NCBI GenBank assembly: GCA_963822945.1
Contig: CAWGJO010000013.1
Span: forward strand, 1 to 47,619
DNA: 47,619 nucleotides
Direction of reading: 5' to 3'
From: an uncultured Gemmatimonadaceae bacterium
GTDB taxonomy: Bacteria; Gemmatimonadota; Gemmatimonadetes; Gemmatimonadales; Gemmatimonadaceae
Program-made: the position numbers and the translations under genes
The notes under the pieces: generated by a model
What the model saw: the letters and a program-made list of their open reading frames with translations, nothing else
What the model was told of the DNA's origin: nothing
Database searches by the model: none
Part shown: piece after piece, positions 1 through 9,439 of the stretch
How the letters are laid out: every line of letters starts with the position of its first letter
Position numbering within the stretch: position 1 is the first letter of the stretch

Positions 1-1298
1 CGGACTGCGGATGGCGCTGTCGAGGTCGGCGGCAATCTGCGGCAGGTCGCCGTTCACGCTCACCTTGCCGCCGAAGTTGTACAGCACGTTCCAGATCCAC
101 GGTTTGCCGTAGAAGGCATGGCGCACCTTCACCTCGGCGACCGGTCGCCCCACAGGTCGAGCACCAGCATGTGGTCGTCGGGCACGGCCCCAGCAGCGCC
201 TCGGCCTGCGGGGCCTGCCAGAACTTCTTGCCGTACACCAGGAACCAGGCCTGGATCACCCAGGTCGCGCTCGTGTCGGCCGAGCGCATGGCGTTGTAGA
301 TCGCACGCCCATGCCGGCCAGGAAGGTGGAGTCGTTGGACGCGGCTCGATCTCGTTGAACGGATCGGCCGCGTACAGGTGATCGGTGCCGAACAGTTCCG
401 TCTGCCGCTGGATGAACCGCCGGCCCATGCGCTGGAAGAGCGAGTCGTGCGGGTCCAGGAACCAGGTGCCGGAGAACCCGCCGACCAGTCGCCGGTCTGG
501 TGGATCTTGGCGCCGGGAATCACCTGCGTGATCGACTGGGGCACGTGCCCGGTGAAGCCCTGCAGCCGGGCGTCATGCCCAGCGAGCGTCGCGCGCCAGG
601 ATCTGCCGTTCCAGCGTGACGTGGCTGTCGATCCAGCTATCGGGGAGCGGGCCGCCCAGTCCGTCGATGTTCGCCATCCAGCCCCAGGGCAGATACGCCG
701 GGCCCACGATGAAGTCGCTGATCTGCTTGTCGGCTGAATCCGAACTCGCCGAGCACCGATCGCCAGACGGCTTCCTGTCCCGTGACGGCGAGCGGCGCGT
801 TGATTCCCTTGAGCGCCATCCAGTCGATCATCGGCTGCCAGTCCTCCCAGTTCCACCACGCCATGGAGTACGAGAAGGTGCAGTAGTTGAAGAAGTAGCG
901 GATGCGGTAGCGGGTACTCACGCGCACGGCGCCGGTACACGGGCAGGGGCGTGGGCAGCGTGATGGGCTTGAGCGGCAGCGACGCGTTGGCGCCGGCCAC
1001 GTGCTCCAGATACCAGTTGAGCGCCGAGGCGATGGCCACGCCGGACGAGCCGCGCAGCATCACCTTGCTGCCCACGTTGGCGACCTCGAACACGTCGCGT
1101 CCCGCGCTGTCGGGAATCGCCGCGACCTCGAAGCCCGCCGCGCTGGCCGGGACCACGCGCGCTACCAGCGCTCTGGCGGCGGCCAGGTCTACGGGGCGCG
1201 ATGTCTGCGCGCCGGCCCCGAGCCGGAAGAACGCCGGCCAGGGCCAGCGCAACGAGAGCGGGGACGACGCGCCGGGAACGGGCGATGAGGAGAGTCAT
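1..1298 (-). CDS. Alpha-N-acetylglucosaminidase (GH89), frameshifted, 3' end outside window
   Basis: Signal peptide MTLLIARSRRVVPALVALALAG at 1298. GH89 motifs RYFFNYCTFSYSMAWWNWEDW..IDWMALKGINAPLAVTGQEAVW (637-927) and FGTDHLYAADPFNE (129-428) lie in different frames. Confidence 0.85.
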
Positions 1299-1299
1299 G

Positions 1300-2118
1300 T
1301 CAGGTGGACCTTGCTGTGCGTTGCTGCCACCATACCGTGGCGCCGAGCGCCAGCAGGCTCAGCACGAGAATGGCGGTGGCCACGACGTTGATCTGCGGTG
1401 GAAAGGCGGCCCGCCGCGCGCCGTACACGTACAGCGGGTACGTGACGCGCGTGCCGGAGTTGAACAGCGTGATGATGAAATCGTCGAGCGACAGCGCGAA
1501 GCTCAACAGCGCGGCGGCCACGATGCCGGGCGCGATGAGCGGCAGCGTGATCCGGCGCGCCACGCGCATGGGGGTGGCGCCGAGATCCATGGCGGCCTCC
1601 TCCAGCGTCCAGTCGAAGCCGCGGAGCCGCGCCCGCACGGTGATCGCCACGTAGCTCACGCAGAACATCACGTGCGCAATGACGATGGTGCCGAATCCGG
1701 TGGGCGCGCCGAACTGCAGGAAGAGCGCGAGGAGCGAGGAACCGAGTACCACCTCCGGCACCGTGAGCGGCAGGATGAGCAGCGCATTCACCAGGCCCCG
1801 GCCGCGGAAGCGGTATCGCGTGAGCGCCAGCGCGATGAGCGTGCCGAACACCGTCGCCACGGCCGTCGCCAGGGCGGCCACTTCCACGCTCAGCTTCATC
1901 GCGTCCACGAGCGCCGGGAAGCGGAACGGGTGCCGCCAGGCCGCCAGCGAGAACGCATGCCACACGAAGTTGAACTTCCCCGCCGGCTCGTTGAAGCTGA
2001 ACAGCACCACCACGAAGATCGGCAGGAAGAGATAGAGCAGCACGAGGCCGGCGGCCGCGTCGAGCGCACGCCCCGGCCAGCGCGGGCCTGCCATGCCGTG
2101 GCGCGCGGGGGCGCTCAC
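1300..2118 (-). CDS. potC: Polyamine-type ABC transporter permease (PotC-like)
   Basis: Multiple TM segments, YLFLPIFVVVLFSFN, EAA loop LEEAAMDLGA. Confidence 0.85.
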   Translation of the reverse strand: MSAPARHGMAGPRWPGRALDAAAGLVLLYLFLPIFVVVLFSFNEPAGKFNFVWHAFSLAAWRHPFRFPALVDAMKLSVEVAALATAVATVFGTLIALALTRYRFRGRGLVNALLILPLTVPEVVLGSSLLALFLQFGAPTGFGTIVIAHVMFCVSYVAITVRARLRGFDWTLEEAAMDLGATPMRVARRITLPLIAPGIVAAALLSFALSLDDFIITLFNSGTRVTYPLYVYGARRAAFPPQINVVATAILVLSLLALGATVWWQQRTARST

Positions 2119-2952
2119 GCCAGTTCCTCCGTGCCGAGGAATCGCGTGTAGACCACCACGAGCACCAGCAGAATCACCATCAGCACCACGGAGAGCGCCG
2201 CGGCCAGCGGATAGTCACGCACCACCAGGAACCGCGTCTGCACCACCGAGCCGATCATCTGCTGGTTGGGCCCGCCCAGCAGCTCGGCGTTGATGAAGTC
2301 GCCGGCGGCCGGGATGAAGGTGAGCAGCGTGCCGGCGAACACGCCCGGCAGTGACAGGGGGAAGACCACACGCCAGAACGCCCGTCGCGAATTGGAGTAC
2401 AGATCCTGGGCCGCTTCCACCAGTCGCCGGTCGATCTTCTCCAGACTCACGTAGATGGGGAGGATCATGAACGGCAGGAAGTTGTACGTCAGTCCGCCGA
2501 GCACGGCCCAGACGGTGCCGAGCAACCGCCCCTCCGGCGGCAGCAGGTGCAACGCCCCCAGCGTGTGCACCACCACCCCGTTGTCGTTGAAGATCGTCTT
2601 CCAGGCGAAGGTGCGCACCAGGAAGGTGACGAGCAGCGGCAGCGCGACGAGCCCGAGCAGGAAGCTGCTTGAACCGGCCCGACCGGAAGGCGATCACGTA
2701 GGCGAGCGGATACCCAATGACGAAGGCGGCGGCCGTGGCGACGAAGGCATAGCCGAAGCTCCGCGCAAGATGGCCGCCGTACTGCGTGAACGCCCGGGCG
2801 TACCCGTCCCACCAGGCACCGCCGGCCGTGGCCATGGACGTCCGCAGCAACGCCGCCACCGGCACCACGCAGAAGAGCAGCAGCCAGAGCGTGCCGGGCG
2901 CGACCAGCAGCCATGGCGTCAGCCGGCGCCGGTCGCGCGGGGCGTTCTGCAT
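2115..2952 (-). CDS. potB: Polyamine-type ABC transporter permease (PotB-like), one frameshift near 2665
   Basis: N-part PWLLVAPGTLWLLLF..IGYPLAYVIA and C-part YNFLPFMILPIYVSLEKIDRRLVEAAQDL are in different frames. Start is 2952 (ATG) or 2976 (GTG). Confidence 0.8.
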
Positions 2953-2980
2953 CGAGGGGCGGGTGGGTGCGGTCACGCCG

Positions 2981-4147
2981 TCACACCCCCATCGCCTGAT
3001 AGAACATCTCGGTGTACCGCCGCTCCTCATCGTCGTTCAACGGCCGAAAGTCGTGCAGCCGCGCCCGCAATGCGGGCCCGGGGTTCACGAGGGGGTCGGC
3101 GGACAGCGTCGGGTCGGTCTTCGCCAACTCGGCGCCCGTTCCCTTGACCGGCGAGATGTAGCGCGTGGCCTCGACGATGCGCGCCGACACCGCGGGCTGG
3201 TACACGTAGTTCATCCACGCCATGGCGGCGTCCACGCGCGTGGACGTCACGGGAATGAACATGCAGTCGGAGAAGAGCAGCCCGCCCTCCTCGGGCACCA
3301 CGAAGCGCAGGTCGAGATTGTCGCCCGCCAATCCCGCGACGTCCCCCGACCAGCCGATGGCGACGGCGATGTTCCCCGAGGCCAGGTCCTCCGCGTACTC
3401 GGTGCCCGTGAATGCCCGGATCTGTCCGTTCTTCCGGTATCGCGTCACGAGGGCGCAGGCGGCGGCCACGTCGGCGTCGGTGGCCCGCTCCGGCGCCACG
3501 CCCTGGTACAGCATCACGAGCCCGAGCGTGTCGCGCACCTCGGTCTGCATCGTCACCCGTCCCTTGAACGCGGGGTCGAACAGATCGCGCATGCTCGTGA
3601 GATCGCGGCCGGTCTTGCTCCGGTTGTAGGCCAGCCCCGTCATGCCCGACATCCACGGCATGGAATAGCGGCGGCCGGGATCGAAGGCGACGTTCCGCAG
3701 ATCGTCCACCAGCCGGCTCTTGTTGGGAAAGGCGCGGTCGTCCAGCGGCGCGCAGTAGCCCAGGCGGATCAGCCGCGTCACCATCCAGTCGGTGAGCACC
3801 ACGATGTCGCGGTCGATGCTGTGCCGCTGGGCGAGCGCCGGCGCCACCTTGGCGAAGTAGGCGTTGTTGTCGCTCACGTCCTCGGTGTAGTCCACGTGGA
3901 TGCCCGTGGCCTTCTCGAACAGCGGCACCGTGGCCGAGTCCACGTAGAGCGGCCAGTTCGAGATCCGCACCGTGCGTGCGGAGGCGCTGTCGCCCGCTGC
4001 CCCGGCCCCTGCTCCCGTCCTCTCCCCGGCGCAGGCGGCAAGGAACGATCCGCCAGCGGCCAGCCCGCCGGCGGCGCGCGCGGCCCGCCCCACGAACTGG
4101 CGGCGTGAGATCGCGCGCGGCCGGTGCGTCGTGGGATCGTACGTCAT
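2981..4147 (-). CDS. potD: Polyamine-type ABC substrate-binding lipoprotein (PotD/PotF family) with Tat signal
   Basis: SRRQFV twin-arginine motif, LAAC lipobox, [23 protein letters not shown]. Confidence 0.85.
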   Translation of the reverse strand: MTYDPTTHRPRAISRRQFVGRAARAAGGLAAGGSFLAACAGERTGAGAGAAGDSASARTVRISNWPLYVDSATVPLFEKATGIHVDYTEDVSDNNAYFAKVAPALAQRHSIDRDIVVLTDWMVTRLIRLGYCAPLDDRAFPNKSRLVDDLRNVAFDPGRRYSMPWMSGMTGLAYNRSKTGRDLTSMRDLFDPAFKGRVTMQTEVRDTLGLVMLYQGVAPERATDADVAAACALVTRYRKNGQIRAFTGTEYAEDLASGNIAVAIGWSGDVAGLAGDNLDLRFVVPEEGGLLFSDCMFIPVTSTRVDAAMAWMNYVYQPAVSARIVEATRYISPVKGTGAELAKTDPTLSADPLVNPGPALRARLHDFRPLNDDEERRYTEMFYQAMGV

Positions 4148-5285
4148 CGCGGCGGCGACCGGAACCCGGGCTCGCGCCGGCCGCGAGCAGGCGGGCGGCG
4201 TCGGGATGCCACGCCGCATACGCCGCGGCCCCGGTCTGGAGTCCGTCGATTGCCTGATCGGCGCCGACGTGGGCCACCAGTTCCGTCCCGTCGGCCGCCC
4301 GCACGCCAAGGCGCAGCACCGGTCCCTGGAAGATCGCGCTCTCCACGGTCACGGGAATCGACGTCACGCCGGCGAACGGCTGCATGGCGACGCGCACCCG
4401 CTCGGGGCGCACCATCAAGGTGGCGGCGTCGCCCGGCTGCACGCCGGGCGCGTCGCCGGCCGCCGGCACGGTGACGTCGCCGATGATCGTGGCCGTGAGC
4501 CCGTTGCCGTCGCGCGGCCCGACGCGCGCCGGGATCAGGTTGGCCACGCCGATGAAGTTGGCCACGAACACCGTGGCCGGCTCGCGGTAGATCTGCTGCG
4601 GCGTGCCGATCTGTTCCACGCGTCCCTGGTTCATTACGGCGATGCGGTCCGACATCGTGAGTGCTTCTTCCTGGTCGTGCGTCACGTACACGAACGCGAT
4701 CTGCACCTCGCGCTGGATGCGCTTGAGTTCGAGCTGCATGGCCTGGCGCAGCTTGAGATCCAGCGCGCCCAGCGGTTCGTCCAGCAGCAGCGCGGCAGGG
4801 TAGTTGACCAGGGCGCGCGCCAACGCCACGCGCTGCTGCTGGCCGCCGGAGAGCTGGGCCGGCTTGCGGCGCGCCAGCTCGTCGAGCCGCACCACCTCCA
4901 GCATCTCGCGCACGCGGCGGTCTACCTCCGTGGCGTCCAGCGCGCCGGCTGCGCGGCCCGAATGCGACGTTGTCGCATACCGTCATGTGCGGGAACAGCG
5001 CGTACTGCTGGAACACGGTGTTCACGTTCCGCCGGTAGGGCGGCACCCGCGACACGTCGTGCGCCGTCCGAGCAGCACGCGCCCCGCCGACGGCTGCTCG
5101 AAGCCGGCGATCATGCGCAGCGTGGTGGTCTTGCCGCATCCGCTGGGCCCCAGCAGCGAGAAGAACTCGGCCCGGTGGATGGAGAAGTCGGCGTCGTGCA
5201 CGGCGACCACGTCCCCGAACCGTTTGGCCACGTGATCGAGCGTGATCACGGGTTCGCGGGTGGTGTCGCCGGCGTCAGTCGTCAT
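4144..5285 (-). CDS. potA: Polyamine-type ABC ATPase (PotA-like), frameshifted
   Basis: Walker [52 protein letters not shown] distributed over three frames; C-terminal TOBE-like region. Confidence 0.85.
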
Positions 5286-5364
5286 CCGGAGTGGGCAGTG
5301 GACGGAGTGGTCGCGAGTCGGGGCGGGAGGGGCGGGGGCGCGCGTCCGGCCGCCGTCGAGCCTC

Positions 5365-5393
5365 ACGTTAGAGAGCGAGAATGGGGAGGGCAA
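5365..5393 (-). promoter_or_regulatory. Putative sigma70 promoter of the pot/GH89 operon
   Basis: Minus strand TTGCCC-17 nt-TAACGT, about 80 nt upstream of the potA ATG. Confidence 0.45.
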
Positions 5394-5688
5394 GGCGGCG
5401 CCCGGGCTGCGGACCGATCCGTCGGGCCGGGCCCGCGTCCACGTGGCCTGTGGGAATGAGGGGTCCCTGATGGTGACCGCAGTCACCGTTTGGGAGCCCA
5501 AAACTGGCCGATTTCCCGGATTTCCGTTGCGCGGAGCCCCGTTCCCGCGTTAGTGGAGAGGAAGGAACGGGCTCCGCGCCGCGGCGGAGTTCGTCGGTCC
5601 GGGGACTCGCCGCGAAGCGTCCGCGGTCTCCCGGTACGTCAGTGCGGCAATATCGTCGACCGCCATGGCCGGCCGACTGGGGGAATCC

Positions 5689-6114
5689 ATGCCTATGCGT
5701 CTACGTCTGCATCCCGCGATCGCGCTGCTTGGACTCTGCATCGGGGTGGCCGGCATTGCGTCGTGCGATGCCACCGCGCTGACCGGGCAGCCGGGTGCGG
5801 GCGGCGGCGGCGGCGGGTCGGCCTCGATGATCGTCTACGGCTCGACCACGTCCGCCACCACCGGGGCGGTGGTGGCCAACCTGACCGTTACGGCCGAAGA
5901 CAGTTCGTGCTCGGGCACCTCGTACGGCAGCGCCAGCGGCGCCTCGTCGTCCACCGGGACCTACCGTATCGAGGTGACCAGCTCCTCGACGTCGGCCGGG
6001 TGCGTGGTGGTCACCGGCACCGTTTCGGGCAACCCGAATCCGGTAACGCTTACCAAGCCGAACCTCGACTTCACCACCGGCGACAGCGTGGTGGTGAACC
6101 TGTCCTTCCCGTAA
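5689..6114 (+). CDS. Ser/Thr/Gly-rich predicted lipoprotein, unknown function
   Basis: Hydrophobic leader ending IASC, Gly linker, beta-rich domain with two Cys. Confidence 0.6.
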   Translation: MPMRLRLHPAIALLGLCIGVAGIASCDATALTGQPGAGGGGGGSASMIVYGSTTSATTGAVVANLTVTAEDSSCSGTSYGSASGASSSTGTYRIEVTSSSTSAGCVVVTGTVSGNPNPVTLTKPNLDFTTGDSVVVNLSFP

Positions 6115-6233
6115 GCCGCCGGCAGTTCCGGGCGCCGCCCGCCCGCACCGGCCGGCGCCCGTAAACGTCTGCCCACCGTCGGCGTGGGCGGATTCACACT
6201 GGCGCGTCCGCCAGGGAATCCCCAGCTTAGGCG

Positions 6234-8843
6234 GTGCCCGAAACCCCACATCTGACCGCCGCCTTGAGCGACCGCTACGTCATCGAGCGGGAAATCGGTT
6301 CGGGCGGCATGGCCGTGGTGTACCTCGCCCACGACAAGAAGCTCGAGCGCGAGGTCGCGCTCAAGGTCCTCCGCCCCGAACTCGGGGCCGTGCTCGGCGC
6401 CGAGCGTTTTCTCACCGAGATCAAGATCTCGGCGCGGCTCGACCATCCGCACATCCTCACGCTCATCGACTCCGGCGACGCCGACGGCATGCTGTACTAC
6501 GTGCTGCCGTACGTGCGCGGCGAGACGCTGCGCGACAAGCTGAACCGGGAGCACCAGCTCGGCATCGACGAGGCCATCGCCATCACCAAGCAGGTGGCCA
6601 GCGCGCTCGATTACGCGCACCGGCAGGGGCTCGTGCACCGCGACATCAAGCCTGAGAACATCCTGATCCAGGAGGGCGAGGCGATGCTGACCGACTTCGG
6701 CATCGCGCTCGCGGTGAAGGAAGCGGGCGGCAACCGCCTCACGCAGACCGGACTCTCCCTGGGCACGCCGCAGTACATGAGTCCCGAGCAGGCCACGGGC
6801 GACCGCGGCATCGACGCGCGGAGCGACGTGTACTCGTTGGCCTCGGTGCTCTACGAGATGCTCGCCGGCGAGCCGCCGGTCACCGGCGCCAGTGCGCAGG
6901 CGATGATCGCCAAGCTGATGACGGAGCGGCCGACGCACGTCCGCATCCTGCGCGACACCGTGCCCGAAGGCGTGGACGACGCGATCACCAAGGCGCTGGC
7001 CAAGACGCCCGCCGATCGCTTCACCACCGCCGAGGAATTCGCGCGCGCGCTGGATGCGGGGATGATGCGGGCTCCCACTGGAGCCGGCACCGCCGCCGGT
7101 GCCCCGCCAAAGCGCCGTCTGGGACTGTTCATCGGCGTCCCGGTTGCCGTGGCCGCCGTCGCGGTCGCCGTGGCGGCGTACACCACGCGTGGCGGGCCCG
7201 CGAACATCGGTAGTCAGGCCGCGCTCGGCGCCAAGACGCAGCTCACCATCTCCGGCGGCGTGTACTATCCCGCGATCTCGCCCGACGGAAAGCAGCTCGC
7301 GTATGCGGCACGGCACTGCCGCGCCGCCGACTGCACCTACTCCATCGTGCTCCAGGACGTCGGCGGCACCATCACCCGGCCCATCCTCGACGGCCTCACG
7401 TCCATCTACGATCTGCGGTGGAGCCCCGACCGGCGGAACCTGCTCTTCAACGGGACCGCGAACGGACGGCTCGGCACCTACCTGCTCTCCGCCCTCGGGG
7501 GAGCCCCGCGCTACCTCACCGCGGGTGTGGCCGCGTTCTACGCCGGCGGCGACTCGCTGCTCATCGGCTCCGCGAATGCGCAGGACTCCGTGTACTGGGT
7601 CGGCGTGGCCGGGCTCGACGGCGCGGTGCACGACAGCGTTGCCGTGCACGGCAAGGGGCAGTTTCTGGCCGGCCTCTCGGCGATCCCGGGCACCCGGTGG
7701 ATCCTGACGCTCATCATCCAGGCGCCGCACGGCCTCTGGCAGGTCGTGGGGCGTGACGGCAAGGTGGCCGACCACGTCGTGAATCAGTGCACCTGCGGGG
7801 GCATCGGCAGCGTGGACGCGGTGTGGCTCGACCGGGCAGGAGACGCCGTTGGCGAATCGCTCGTGCGCATCGCCATCGATCCGGCCACGGGACACCTCTC
7901 GTCGGTGCAGGATACCATGGTCACCGGCATCTTCACGAACGTCTCGGTCACCGCCGACGGCCGGAAGATGGTCATGGACCAGGGGACGCTCGACTACGGC
8001 GTGTGGGGCGAAGGGCTGCCGGAGCTGTTGAAGGGCTCGCTCGCCGACGACCGGCGCGTCGCGCATGCGTCGAGCAACGTCGTGGGCTGGATCTCGCCTG
8101 ATGGGAACCGCATCCTCATGCGTCGCGTGGTGCCCACCACCGGCGAGCACACGGAGGCGCGGTTCAGCGTCCGCCCGTACGACGGCACGTCGGAGGCGCC
8201 GCTGCAAGCGCCGGGCAGGATCGAGAGCGCGCGGTGGGTGGATTCGACGTCCGTCGCCGTCGAGTCGACGATGCCCGACGGCCACGTGCACCTGTCGGTG
8301 GTGGACGTGCGCACCGGCGCCGAGCGGAACCCGCTGGACCTCCCGGATTCCACGATCACCACCGCGGTGCCGGTGGCCAACGGGTGGGCGTGGATTCCGA
8401 TCACGCGGAGCGGGCTGACCATCGAACAGAGCGGCAAGCAGCGCACGCTGAAGTTCCCGGCCTGGTTCTTGAACGTGTACATGCTCGCTGCCGATCCGGC
8501 GCGCGGGCGGCTGTTCGTTGCCGGATTCAATGCCAGCACCGGCGACACGCTCGGCGTTTCGGCGCTCAACCTGGCGGACGGAACGTTCACGCCGTGGGTG
8601 TCGGGGTTCGCGGAGGACGGGACGATGACGGTGCTGAACGGCGGGGACCTGTTCCTCGCCCTGCATCGCACCGAGAATGCCTACGTGTTGTACCGCGCCA
8701 GAGGCCCCGGCAAGATGCAGCGCCTGGGCGCGCCGGCGCTGCCGCTCTTTTTCGTGAGCGTCTCGGGCGACCTCAAGCGCGGCATCGCCGTGCAGCGCAG
8801 CTACAACGCCGACGCCTGGATGTACAACGTCGTGACGCGCTGA
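6234..8843 (+). CDS. Hanks-type Ser/Thr protein kinase with TM helix and TolB/PD40-like beta-propeller
   Basis: GSGGMAVVY, VALK, HRDIKPEN, DFG, GTPQYMSPEQ; TM near aa 300; PAISPDG and WSPD repeats. Confidence 0.93.
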   Translation: MPETPHLTAALSDRYVIEREIGSGGMAVVYLAHDKKLEREVALKVLRPELGAVLGAERFLTEIKISARLDHPHILTLIDSGDADGMLYYVLPYVRGETLRDKLNREHQLGIDEAIAITKQVASALDYAHRQGLVHRDIKPENILIQEGEAMLTDFGIALAVKEAGGNRLTQTGLSLGTPQYMSPEQATGDRGIDARSDVYSLASVLYEMLAGEPPVTGASAQAMIAKLMTERPTHVRILRDTVPEGVDDAITKALAKTPADRFTTAEEFARALDAGMMRAPTGAGTAAGAPPKRRLGLFIGVPVAVAAVAVAVAAYTTRGGPANIGSQAALGAKTQLTISGGVYYPAISPDGKQLAYAARHCRAADCTYSIVLQDVGGTITRPILDGLTSIYDLRWSPDRRNLLFNGTANGRLGTYLLSALGGAPRYLTAGVAAFYAGGDSLLIGSANAQDSVYWVGVAGLDGAVHDSVAVHGKGQFLAGLSAIPGTRWILTLIIQAPHGLWQVVGRDGKVADHVVNQCTCGGIGSVDAVWLDRAGDAVGESLVRIAIDPATGHLSSVQDTMVTGIFTNVSVTADGRKMVMDQGTLDYGVWGEGLPELLKGSLADDRRVAHASSNVVGWISPDGNRILMRRVVPTTGEHTEARFSVRPYDGTSEAPLQAPGRIESARWVDSTSVAVESTMPDGHVHLSVVDVRTGAERNPLDLPDSTITTAVPVANGWAWIPITRSGLTIEQSGKQRTLKFPAWFLNVYMLAADPARGRLFVAGFNASTGDTLGVSALNLADGTFTPWVSGFAEDGTMTVLNGGDLFLALHRTENAYVLYRARGPGKMQRLGAPALPLFFVSVSGDLKRGIAVQRSYNADAWMYNVVTR

Positions 8844-8854
8844 GGCGGCCATCG

Positions 8855-9394
8855 ATGGACCATCGCGACGCCGTGGCCTTTCTCGGTACGGCGGTTCCCG
8901 GCAACGGCGGCACCTGGGCCGACTTCGGCGCCGGCGACGGCACCTTCACGCGCGCGCTCTCCGAACTGCTCGGTGGCGGCAGCCGAATCTACGCCGTGGA
9001 CCGCGACCGGAGCGCCCTGGCGTCCCTGGAAGCATGGGCGCGCGAGGCCCACGCTCCGATCACCACGGTGGCCGCGGACTTCACGGCTCCGTTCGACCTG
9101 CCCGGTCTCGAACGGGGACTCCTCGACGGACTGCTCATCGCGAACGCGCTGCATTACTCGGCGGAGCCCGCGGCGGTGCTCGCCGAACTGGTCGCGTGGC
9201 TTCGCCCCGGCGGACGCGTCGTCCTCGTGGAGTACGACCGCCGGAATGCCAACCCGTGGGTTCCCTATCCGATCGCGATCTCGCAGCTCGCGGATCTCGC
9301 CGACGCTGCGGGGCTCGGCCCGTTCACCGTCGCCGCGACGCGGCCGTCGGCGTTCAGTGGTGAGATGTACCTCGCCTTCGCGGACCGCGCGTAG
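8855..9394 (+). CDS. Class I SAM-dependent methyltransferase
   Basis: WADFGAGDG motif I, IYAVD, ANALHY, LRPGGRVVLVEY. Confidence 0.85.
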   Translation: MDHRDAVAFLGTAVPGNGGTWADFGAGDGTFTRALSELLGGGSRIYAVDRDRSALASLEAWAREAHAPITTVAADFTAPFDLPGLERGLLDGLLIANALHYSAEPAAVLAELVAWLRPGGRVVLVEYDRRNANPWVPYPIAISQLADLADAAGLGPFTVAATRPSAFSGEMYLAFADRA

Positions 9395-9439
9395 TACGGC
9401 CGACTGGCGTGGTACGCCTTCTCTCGCCATGTTCGCGCC

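Noticed and set aside
5286..5688. Riboswitch or tRNA in the long intergenic regions (also 42880-43188)
   Set aside because: No recognisable consensus by eye; an Rfam/tRNAscan search is needed to exclude it fully.
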